From Bigelowiella natans CCMP2755 (lineage: Eukaryota; Protista; Cercozoa), in the NCBI GenBank assembly GCA_000320545.1, contig ADNK01000005.1:1-64000 (forward strand): a DNA stretch of 64,000 nt. The letters are read 5' to 3'. The first letter of the stretch is position 1; each line of letters starts with the position of its first letter. Below the pieces are notes generated by a model that saw only the letters and a list, made by a program, of their open reading frames with translations, made no database searches and was not told the DNA's origin. The position numbers and the translations under genes are program-made. Below, in pieces: positions 52,771 to 64,000 of this stretch.

Positions 52771-54264
52771 TATTGCTTGTGAAGTGTGGACAGAACGATG
52801 ATGATAAAGAGATAAACAAAAAAGAAGACTGATGTAATCTAACCTTCTCGATAAATAAGGAGAAATAGCAGTGAATTAGCACTCCTCCGTCCTCTCCTTC
52901 CTCCTCCTCATCCCCGTCCTCCAATCCCCATTACCATCCATCATCATCATCATTATCATTATCATCGTACGCAATACATTCCTTCTCACTTTAGGGCACT
53001 GGCCACCTAGTCATATGGCAGAGGACATGTTCAAAGTGCTATGGAGGTCAGTGTTGTAGAGAGATCATAATGGGGGTACCACACCACAGTCAGAAGCTGC
53101 TTTCAATAGATCGGAGAGTCGGAGAAGAGTGAGCTGCTGAGCTGCCTACCATCATGACCAACTTATCATCATTTTAGAAGGAAGATGGATGACTACTACT
53201 ATCATTATACAATTGATATCCTTCAGCAACAAACTATAAGAGAGATAATTACTACACCTTTGACAACACCAAGCACTGAATCATCGATGTGCTTCTTCTT
53301 CTTGCAGATGTCGTCGGGATAAGTTCTTACGCGACATAACTGATGTAAGCAACAGCAGTAATAGCAGTAGTTACAGCAGTTTCTTCATGCACAACCAACG
53401 TAGACATATCCTCCACACACTCACAAGATCTTCATATATATTAACGTCTGCTGTTCGTCATTTATGCCGCCTTTCATGTAACAGAGAAATACGCTAGGAA
53501 AGGCGCCACTCGAGAAAACTGAAGAGACGTTCGGTGAGCTGATAAAGCGACGTGGCTCGATGAACTACATGGATACCTTGTGGTGGTTGGAACGTCTAAA
53601 GGACCAAGGGTTTGTTGTCGTGATTGCTGTGCCTTGTTCTTGTTTCTTGAGGATGATGACGATGATGATGATAATGACGATGATGATAATGATTTCCTTG
53701 ACTGCTTCCTTTAGAATTTTGGTGTTGTTACTTGTTGGGCGCGAGGTGATGCGTTCTTGCGTGTGTGTGTGTGTGTGTGTGTGCGTGCGTTTATATTTCT
53801 TTCTTAACATCCTGTCATCCTTCTCCACTCAGGATAAAGCCTGGGCTCGCTACGTACAGGGTGGTTCTTGGTAGTTTTGCGCACGCAAACTGCGTTCTCC
53901 TCCTCCTCCTCCTCCTCCTCCTCCTTTGTTTCTATCCCTCACTTGTTTCCTACCTATTGACGACTTTATTGCCCCATTGATTGTACACATGCTATCACCA
54001 TCCAATACCACAGAACGACTATCACACGCGGACAATCTAAATAGAAAGGCAGCTTACAAGGTGTGAAGAAAAGCCCTGAGAGGGGGATAACCGTTGATGA
54101 TGATGATGATGAGAAGAATGCACTACTACTAATGCTACTATTAACACTGTTACCGTTGCTGTATGCGTCTTATCTTTGCTTTGTGGTGTTTTTCGGACTG
54201 GCGACTGCTCTCCGCGCTCGCATCCATCGGCAAGGCTGTCGAGATACTCACGGAGATGAAAACG

Positions 54265-54320
<56 letters not shown>

Positions 54321-54335
54321 TGTGTGTGGTGGAGC

Positions 54336-54376
<41 letters not shown>

Positions 54377-54583
54377 CTATTTGATCTGGACTGGTGAGAA
54401 TAATAATATGCACATGTACATATACCCGTTGTTCATTCATCAGATGTGTTCTGTGCCATTATTACTATTATCATTTCTGGAGTATTGAAGCTTATTTGCT
54501 CCTTTCTTTTCCTCCATTTCAGGCTGCCTGGGATAGAACCAGACAACGAATGTTTCTTCCAGGTAGATAGATACTGATACATT

Positions 54584-54625
<42 letters not shown>

Positions 54626-55480
54626 GGGGGGATTTAAATAGGAATCAATGCTGAAAGTAATACGATTGCGAGTTGTGAGAAACGGCCTTGACGTCATCAG
54701 CGCCACTGACGAATGGTTTTCTCTTTCCTTTTTTAACAGCTATACATTTCCTAAGTTCAGCATGCTCCATGCAATCTAACGACGTAGGTGATTCGGTGTT
54801 TCTGCGTGTTGGGACATCCACTGGAGACGCTTGAGATCACGCAAACGCTAAGACAACTTGGAATGAGGGTGTGTGCAAGATGATGAAAACGGACCGTGAG
54901 AATGATGATGATGATGATGATGATTTTGATGGTGATGATGGTGGAGAGAGCTGCCATGTTCAAGTGTATTGAAGAAGGAATGATAGGCTATACGTTCGGA
55001 TGATGAAGGGATGGTTATCCAATGCTTCTGAGCATCCATCTTTCCCAAAAACGATGTTCCACAACACACTCGCACACACACTAATGTATGTGAGAGAAGA
55101 TGATTTATTGTAACTGTTCGCAGTCGAGCTCAGAAATGGAGGAGTTTATGCACTTTGCCCAGTAGTCTTCTAAACATCCCATAGCCTCTCCCTCCCACTC
55201 TTACCATTGCCTCCTTTCTCTCTTCTCGCCTTTCCTTTGTATGTAATATTGTTTGCCGCCCTTCTTTCGTGGCTGTTTTCTGCAGTTACACGCTGGGCTT
55301 TGAGGGATGTTTGCATTTCTTCTTCCTCCTCCTCCTCCTCCTCCTCCTCCTCCTCTTTCTCTTTCTCTTTCTCTCATCTGCTAGTATGCTACTACTCTAC
55401 AACTAAAAGTATATTCTTGTTAACAACATAGTACTATAATGAGCAATGAGCGGCTACTATTACTACTACTACTACAACTT

Positions 55481-55516
<36 letters not shown>

Positions 55517-55669
55517 GTATAGGCTTCGGTTGGATCGATTCAAGAAGGGAGAGATTGATTTGCACATGTTTCGCTACCCAGCAAGGACAAGGGTAGAAGC
55601 ATCATCAGTAAAGATGACGAATCGTCATCTCCGATTTGTGGATTGTGATGTCGTTTATGCAATTCATTA

Positions 55670-55705
<36 letters not shown>

Positions 55706-56585
55706 CATGATTACTATTTGTGAAAATATTTGTTTTCTGTTGATTCTTTGAAGGTGATGAGCCCGCTCCTGTGCGTTCGTCATGTTGCAACCTTTCTAGA
55801 GCACTATTGGCAAAGGTTATAGCTCCAGCCCTTGCAATACGCATCAAAAATCGAGATATTTTAAAAAATCCATAAGTGATTGCTACCATGCATTAATGAT
55901 CGCCTTTTCGCTTCCCGAAGATGATAGCGACTGCTTATTTTGAGATCTTCCTTCGTTACGGTATGCTATTTTTTGTGAATCCAAAGCGTGGATGAGCAAG
56001 GGGATGACGCAGTGCCAACAAGCGGGCTAATTCTGATCACCGGAGTAGGACGCCACAGGTATCATGATATGGAGAATCTAGACAGATTCTGATGAGGTTG
56101 ATGACGAGTAATGATAATATGTGCTAGGAGTAGAGTATGTATTGATGATGATGCTGTAAGGATGTTCTCATTAGTATAAGGAACATCACTACTGCCGATT
56201 GAAGTGGGTGCTGCTGTAACGTTAAGAATTGACTTATAATTGTTGCTGGTGGTGGGTGATTGTTTGAAATCCATTAAGCAGCTCGTATTATACAGGACAG
56301 CTCTTCGATTGATATTTATATTGTTGCTTTGCACATCACAGTTTCTATTCGCCGGGAGTGAATCGGGAACTCGTGGAAGTTACATTGGTAGCAATTCGTG
56401 TGAATAGTTTGAGTCGCATACTACGACTAATATCTTCTTCGCCATGTCATATAAATGCTTAGCGCTAGCACAACTCCCATCATGATAATCGCCACCCTAT
56501 CATCGGTGTCCAAATTATCATGCACAAATTATTGTCACAAACTAAAATTCTTTTGATACCGATAACGTTACACGTCTCCCCCCCC

Positions 56586-56654
<69 letters not shown>

Positions 56655-56927
56655 AGCACAAGCACACAACAGTCCATGATACTTTTTCTCTATTATTCTT
56701 CTGAGCAGAGGTACCTCGGGCTGCATTTTGTAAGTACCAACCGCGGTGGAGCACTGCGAATATCAAAAACGGTAAAAAAAAAAAAGGATCAACGACAATA
56801 CGATATAGCAGGAAGCCTTTGTGAAACGCATCGCTCCTTTCTAAAACACGCCGTAACCGCTTTGAGAAGTACCCAAACCGACATCTACCTACTGTACAGT
56901 ATTCAGATTAGACTTGATATTCGATGA
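46341..56927 (+). CDS. Pentatricopeptide repeat protein with C-terminal SMR domain (PPR-SMR), many exons
   Basis: PPR-type segments: ALSLLTRMRQYGFRPS (48154), RVLHAYA (49915), GDMDAAMSVA (51384), LERLKDQG|IKPGLATY (53587-53860), KAVEILTEMKT|LPGIEPDNECF (54230-54560). SMR motifs follow in order: GEIDLH (55548), LILITGVGRHS (56029), TNRGGALRI (56737). Start and internal exons are approximate. Confidence 0.75.
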
Positions 56928-57039
56928 TGTTTGATTGCCCTCTCTTTGTTAGAATCCATCAGAAATGTCATGTATATCTATCCTAGGCATTTCTGCGCTG
57001 GTACCATCATTCTGGAAATATCTTCACCCAACGTGCTAC

Positions 57040-57900
57040 TACAGACAATCTCCCCGCCACCTAGCTCCCTCATGCAATTGGTCACCATTAATGGCTAACG
57101 ACCGCGTAGCTTCATAGTTAGTAGGCATGTTTAATAAACAGAGCTTACATGTTAGTTTAATATGCAGTGCTTCATTGTAACGCAATGCGCTTGAGGAAGA
57201 AAATTGTTTGTGCCAGCGTCTTTGCGATGTTGGTTTGTGCCCGCTACACATGTTGCACTTGTCTAGCTTTACACAGCTACATTAGCGATGACCATTAAAA
57301 GAATTTGATGCATGATGTACGTGCTTTTGTTTCCGTTTGTAATTAGCTAGATTAGATGCCATCCTTGCATGCTGATTGTGATACAATGTGCACAATTTTG
57401 GCAAAATATTGCATGAGCAATGTATACATGCATCGTAGCCGTATTTTGTGCGCAGCAAATCCTTGTACAGCTACTAGCAGTCACATAATCGAAAATTTAA
57501 ACATTTCATTACATCCGTCTCACAAGTCATAGACACGTACATCATCACATGTTACACAGCTATATAGAAGGATGACCATTGAAAAGATTTAATCACTTCA
57601 TTACATCCGCCGCTACATGTTGGCTTGGCATGTGTATGTGCACGCACTATGTACATAAGAGCGTTAGCTAGGTTAGCTAGGAGTAGCACATCGATATGCT
57701 GGTGGAACTATGTACAATAGGGCTAGACAAGCGCAGATACTGCTTTTTCATAAGAACAATGCAGAATTATGCTCTTGCGCTTCAAAGCAATTGTTGCAAA
57801 CATCGATTGCAGAGAACCATGTAGCATGCAGTAGACATATATGAGAAGAAGTACCTTGGTGAACGTGTAATGCGCACGATATCTAAAAATACTTTAACAC
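57040..57900 (+). mobile_element. Decayed repeat block with three fragments of the dispersed repeat (57266-57300, 57491-57524, 57552-57609)
   Basis: aaaatttaaacatttcattacatccgtctcaca is identical to 258-290. The other two fragments match 228-283. Confidence 0.65.
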
Positions 57901-57966
57901 ACACACGGCAACAGTTCTACTACAGTCCAGATGAGTGTGTGGCCACATGGCGAACATGATGGCGGG

Positions 57967-59878
57967 TTATTTTTCTTCAACAACAGCGCCTAAAACGGTG
58001 TTAAGCATTTTGCGAAGGAGTCGAAACTGTATCGGCTTCCCTAGAATATAATTGAAACCGGGGTTATTTTCCCTCATATCCTCAGGAGACCCTGTGAGCG
58101 CGACAACAATGATCTTCTTCGTGGTCTTGATCTTGCGAATCTCCTTCAGCGCTTCTATACCGTCCATCACAGGCATTTGAATATCCGTGAATACGATCGG
58201 TTGCAGGTGCTGCTTCAGCACCGTATCTACGCTGCGGACGAGAGCTTGGCCGTTCCCTGACATAATGCATTGGCCTATGCCAGCTCTTTTCAAGAAGCGC
58301 TTGATTAGCTTCTGGGAGAGGTAGTCATCTTCCGCAAAGCAGAGCCGCACGGAAGGTGGGACCAACCCTGATCGGTCGCCCGGGCGAATATCAGGAGACG
58401 GATGAAAACTTCTCGTCGATATACACGGTGATTTCGCTCCTGTTTCAACTTTCATATCTCCGTAAGGAACAACTATTGCGAAGATAGATCCTTTCTTTTC
58501 CTTGGATTCAACGTATATGCAGCCTTTCATCAATTGGACTATCCCCTTCACTATCGCTAGTCCAAGGCCAGTGCCACCGCTGCGGCCTTCCAGAGGTGTA
58601 AAGATCTTAGCAATATCAAGCTTGGAGTCTGATCCCTGGTCCTCTACCTCGATGAGAATGGCGTTGTGCTTCATCCCAGGCTTTCCCGACTCAATCTTGC
58701 ACCGGCCATTGACGATGATCGCATCGTTTTCCCTGGAAGAACAGAAAAAGAACAAAGAAGAGGAGAAGGGTGGGAGGGGAGGAAGATGATGAGGATGCGT
58801 CACAACACCCCAATTAGAACATCGCTAATATCTACTCGGAAAGGAGGGAGAATTGGATTGCATGGTGTCGAGGCATAGCATGTTGCTATTTCATTTTGTC
58901 AAGTGTCTCCTCGCTTATTGCTGACTCAGGAGTGCTTGTATGCGTTGTGTGCTGCATGGCACATAACACGAAGAAATGCTGTGATTGGGGGTTGTTCTTC
59001 TTAATTGTATGTGAAAAGTGCAAAAATTCATTGGTCATATCAGTTCGCTATCAACGTTTTGAACGATCAATTTTAGCGGCTGATTTGGTGGATGTAGAAG
59101 TAGAAGTAGAAGTAGTAGTAGTGGTGGTGATGGTAATGGTAGAAATAGTGTACATGGTCTCCTCGACGTAATCCAGGTTATACTTCGCGGCGAGTTTACT
59201 GAGAATTTCTTTGTCGTGTGCCCGCTTCTGTTGTGCTCTCACTTTTTCGCGGAATTGGGGCGGGGGCAACATGATCTCTTTGTCAGAAGAAAGACGCCGC
59301 GTACGAATCCAGATTTTCCCGCCTTCCTTCGATGCTTCCATTGCATTCAAAATCTAAGTAAGAGAGGGAATCAAGTCATTTTTGTTGTCGTAGTTGTGAA
59401 AATAAATGCAACAAGTCTGAGGGAAATGATCAAGGAGAAACGGGGAGGAGAAGGGTACTGCTGTATTTTCAGTTGTGAATAGATGTCTATTTATTAGTAC
59501 CAAGCTGTTTATCATCTGCTCAAGCTTATGTGAGTCCGCAACTATGATCTCGGGAATGGAGTTATCATGACAAATCTTCAGCACCAAAGACTTTTTGTGC
59601 GCTATGCTTTCATTCAGCTTTTCGATATCTCGAAGCATTCTCAACATATTGCTTTTGGTCAAGTCCAGGTTCCACTTGCCAGAGCTTTTGAAAGAACAGG
59701 GAAAGGGTTTCGATATAGTCATAACGATGACGATAACGATGATAATGAATGTAAAGATAGTATTTTTCGTCAACTGTTTTCATAATGAGGACATTATTTT
59801 GGAGAGGAGATAGGCACAAGCAGATAGCATTACATAAACTCCATCTCATCATGAATTATAATGCGCGCGAGATTGTGA

Positions 59879-59916
<38 letters not shown>

Positions 59917-61031
59917 AGCAGCTTTGTGAAGTTCAGCACTGAATCCACAACGGCCGCAAGTGATCTTGATCCTAAGAAGATCCCTTCTATGCACGCTGCT
60001 TCGCTTTCTGTGCTTTGCATAATATTTTTCTCCTTTAAGAGCTGGGTGTAGCCCAAGATTGCATTAAGTGGTGTCCTAAGTTCATGAGTCATTTTCGCCA
60101 GAAAATCCATCTTGTCTTCCGAGGCCTTGAGCGTGGCTGCAACCTGTTTGACGAGTTCCCGCTCGTTTTCTTGTAGCTCATCAATAAGCTTTCCGAAATC
60201 TGAAGTTTTCCTTCGCAGATGTAGTTGTAGTCGGCAGACTCGAGCTAGCACGCTGAGAGCAGTCATCTGTTGGTTCGTTAGCGTCATCTTCGTATCCGAA
60301 ATCACACATAAAGTCCCAAAGGCCATGTTATCTTCTACCATAGGCATACCAGCGTAGAACCGAATCTTTGGACCCCCGGTAACCAATGGATTTTCAGCGA
60401 AGCGTTCGTCCTCCCACGTATCGTTGACGACGAAGAGCTTGTTGGGCTGTAGAATCGCGTGGGAGCAAAACGCCTCATTCCTACCGGTCTCTGAGCAATT
60501 TAAACCTTTTTGGGCTTTGAAAAATTGGCGTTTCTCATCTATCAGGCTGATCGCGCCTTTCTCTGTGCCGCATATCAGAGTAGCGAGCCACAAAATAGAG
60601 TCATAAATCGGTTCCTGTTCCGTGTCTAGAATATTGAATGAGCGCAAAAGTTCCATTCGCTCAGCTTCGTGTTGCGGCTTCATGGCCGGTCGATATCTTT
60701 TTCGTGATAGATCCGGGCTATTCAGTGTGGATCTCATATTGTTGGTGGCCAGCTGAGGCGTCGTTAATTTGAGATCAGCAGTTTCATTTCCTCGCATTGC
60801 AATCTCCATAATGTCATTGGCTTCTGTCACGGCATCGCTTCTATCCAAAAGAGACACAAACTCTTCATTTTCATGTATCAGTTTCCCCACGGATTCTGTG
60901 CTCATAGATTTTAACTCATTTAGAGTTTCTACACAGAGCTTTATGTCCGCTTCAGACCATTCCAAGTCCGAGATGGACTCCTCCATCGCGGAGGTGGGGG
61001 CAGGTCGAAAGATGCCTACACCACGGATCAT
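57967..61031 (-). CDS. Hybrid sensor histidine kinase (GAF-HisKA-HATPase_c-REC)
   Basis: GAF: ILDTEQEPIYD..AFCSHAIL..DERFAENPLVTGGPKIRFYAG. H-box FLAKMTHELRTPLNAILG, N-box ILNAMEA, G1 VEDQG, G2 GGTGLGLAIV. Receiver: AEDD, TDIQMPVMDG, ALTG, KP. Confidence 0.93.
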
Positions 61032-61467
61032 TGTCGCGATTTAAAATAGGATCCATTCCTTCTTTGCATTTTTTTATTATTATTTTCTCGCGAGGAAAAG
61101 CACATGTATTTGAAGTCGCGACACATCAGTCGTCGTCGCTGTTCTCAAATGACTCCACCTCATAAATTTTGTAGAGCATTTTCGTTGTTGTTGAAGTCAA
61201 AATAATAACTGCAAGAAAACGAAACCGAAAACCCAGCGCAATAGATCTCTTGGCATGTAGATCTAGATCTAATATGACATTTTAAGTCTGTGACAACAAT
61301 AATTTGATGACGCAACATATTATCCCCATGATACATGACGACACAGCAGACGACACAGTGTTGAAGGAAAACCCAAAATCAATTGGGGGGACCTAATAAT
61401 GGAGCCGCCGGCTGATGGGTATTCTTTAAACTTAAAAAGATAATTATGACAAGTGCGATAATGGTTT

Positions 61468-63370
61468 ATGTACATGTCTGTCAGTTTGAATGATATCGGC
61501 CAATCTGGCAAAGCGTCTGTCCTGAAGAGGAAGGGGAAGAACAGCTTGAAGAAGATTCCCGGCTTGGCCCAAATGAAACAAATGAATCTGCAATCTAGCC
61601 CGTTTTATGGAGGAAATAACGAACTGCAGAAATTAAATCACGTAGAGAAGAAAGGACAGAAAAATACTTCGCTTCCAAGTTTACGAATTGGGAGGGGTCG
61701 AACTTTGAAAGCCCTCCAGCCTAGTACAATACAGGCCAGCCGTAGATTCTGCCCTAAATCTTCCTCATTTGGCGAAGATCCATTGACGATAAATGTGCCT
61801 AACAATAACAATGGAGATTCTGGTAATTCCCTCTCCAACAGTGATAGTAACAATTCCTCCGTATTTCCATATCCTTCGCGGAATCAGTTGTCCGTCAGCG
61901 ACCACAGACTTCGGCCTTCCAAATCCTTCGGTACCAAGCAGTTGAATGGTCGCAAATTACAGTCGTCCAAATCGTTCGGATCGATAAGATCGCGGATGCA
62001 CTCTCTCAGTTTCGACCGCTCGATGAAAGGCTCTAGATCGTCGAACATTTTTCGGGAGGGTGATCGAGATCTCTCTAATTCGGAGGATTCCACTGACAAA
62101 AGCACATTAATAGATAGCATCGGAATTGAGTGGGAGAATGGAGAGCTGGGTCCGGGTCGATCAGTTACTAATTTGAAGAGGGTTGTCACAATGACCCCGC
62201 GCACTGGCCAAAATGTTTATAATAAGACCCGAGAACATATTAATTCCTTCGAATATGGAGAATTAAGACCCCACACCAGAGGTACAATAAATGCTGAGCA
62301 ATCTAAAAAATCAAACTCCTTCTCATTCAACTTGCCTATATCGAGTCGTAAACCTAGCCTGGGGAGGTCTGCCACACTGTTACCCCCAACAGGTTTGATG
62401 GGTTCTACGGAGTCTATGAAGAAGTCAAAATCCTTATCGAGCTGCCCAATCGGAGGACTGCGAAGGACTGCTTCTTTGCTGCCCTCACGTACCATGACTA
62501 GGCTAGGTGCGAATGGATTTATGGCTAAGTCGAACTCTTTCTCTGGCAACTTACGGAGGACCTCTTCTATCATGGGCCCAGATGACTTAAGGGCGCCGTT
62601 GAATTCGTACAAGAATATCAGAGGTCGAGTTTCGAAAGGAGGTGTGAGCCTCCTCAAAAGAGCGCAAACTTCCTTGCCTAAAAAAAGCAGAAGAATATCA
62701 CAGGATGCGGATAGGTTGGATCGGCTTGCGCCTTCGATCAAGAACAAATTTACATTTAAATTAAGCAGGTCCAGCGCCACAGCAGGAAAAATATCATTTG
62801 GAAGACCACAGCCACAAGAGAAAAGTCAGGACATGACGGAAAAGGAGCAGGAGGGCAACGAAGAGGACAATAACGGTGAGAATCATCTATATTTACCAAT
62901 CTTGGGTGCAGCATGGACACACTTTTAGCCATCTGGAGACTAATTTATTTTTTTATTTTTTTGTTTTTGTAGAAGAGAGAAAAATCCAGAATCCAGGGGA
63001 AGTCTTGACTCCGCGCGTTCAAAAAAAGGTTTGTCTGCGTATCTATTGTCTGTTGTTTCCGCCCTTGAAATCTAAAGCTATATACATGTGTGCTCACGCA
63101 TAGAGACGAAACACACTGGAACTTGATCGTGATTGTACACACACCGCACATAGCCTTCCTTCTATACTTATATTCATTCCCCTTTCGGCTGCAATATCAT
63201 AGGAGTGGGAATCGCAGGAAAGGAGCACTTTCTCTGATGAAATCGCCAGGTTTGAATGCGGACCTCTGTACAAAGAGCTGCGGCGGCGCCAACTGAAATA
63301 CGGCACCGAGAAGGATCAGCTAGAGTTCATTGCCAACGCGGCAAAACTTTATCTCAAAGGAAGTACATAG
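61468..63370 (+). CDS. Ser/Arg-rich, likely disordered hypothetical protein
   Basis: A 1.4 kb first exon with a donor near 62876 (g|gtgag), then small exons. The last reads EWESQERSTFSDEIARFE...AKLYLKGST*. Confidence 0.65.
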
Positions 63371-63499
63371 ATGTTCACCCATTATGACATAGATTTGCGG
63401 TACGCACGAAAGATATGTGGTTTTGATCTGCCTACCTTTCCAATGAATAGTTGATTAATTTTGCCCCTGATCTTATATCGTGCTGGAAAACTAGCCGAT

Positions 63500-64000
63500 G
63501 TGACAAGCAAAGATTGTGCCGGACGTTAAATTAGGCTTCATTGCCATGCGCATTGCAATGCACACATAGCAAAATCTAGAAATGCTTGAGTGTTGCGTTT
63601 TCAAATAAACACTGTAGTATAGTAGGTTGCACATACGATCCTGCATTTGCTAGCTTGTTTTGATGAGCATTGTATGTAGCAGCATCGATCGCACGCAAAA
63701 TGAAGGGGGAGGTAGTCGCCTAGCCGATGCCCGCCTTTTCAGTGTAGAGGCCGAAGTCTAGCAGAAGTTTCTCACATGTCACGGGCGATGAAAAGGCATC
63801 GCGCACAGCAAGGGGCCTTTGCAAAACGTAATGAAAATATTGAAAACATTTGTGTGATCGCATCACGTCGTCATGTCCGTCCGTCTCATAAATTTCCCAT
63901 AGCATGCTAGCATAATGCATGCAATTGCCAATGTGCTACGCTTGCTTATTGTTGTCACACGCACGACATGGCTTGCACAATAATAAGCTATTAGTAAGCA
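63500..64000. repeat. Decayed TGCA/CATG-rich block containing the ccgtctca terminal word at 63881-63888
   Basis: Composition matches the other relic blocks and it shares the 8-bp terminus. Confidence 0.35.

Noticed and set aside
11167-56927. Many short ORFs with poly-V/L/S/H, CVCV, THTH or ERER runs
   Set aside because: They are translations of intronic microsatellites, not genes.
63720-63830. Minus-strand ORF end PLAVRDAF...FGLYTEKAGIG*
   Set aside because: It could be the last exon of a gene beyond the window or a TE fragment, and cannot be resolved here.

Overview
Eukaryotic nuclear DNA from an intron-rich, microsatellite-rich protist or alga. A chlorarachniophyte-like source is only an impression. 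I spliced genes by eye at GT-AG sites. Recognisable genes: condensin SMC2, plant-type IPC synthase, a GAF-HisKA-HATPase-REC hybrid histidine kinase, a roughly 10.5 kb PPR-SMR gene, an STN1/RPA2-like OB-fold gene head-to-head with a SWSAP1-like RAD51 paralogue, an Sts/UBASH3-type histidine phosphatase with altered catalytic residues, and Tudor+PDZ, TPR, TSP1, mucin-like and small acidic proteins. Most genes sit in divergent pairs with short shared promoters. The gaps at gene 3' ends hold decayed transposon relics, including several 3' ends of one probable non-LTR retroelement and an LTR-like block at 45.2-46.05 kb. The most striking signal is that the LTR-like block is almost free of TpA (9 in about 880 bp by hand count, all preceded by C and 6 of them CTAG) while keeping CpG, and the depletion stops sharply at the edge. 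Repeat copies also differ by TA/TG/CA changes. This suggests a repeat-targeted A-to-G (T-to-C) hypermutation opposite in direction to fungal RIP. No rRNA, tRNA or CRISPR was found. Boundaries of genes with repeat-laden introns are approximate.
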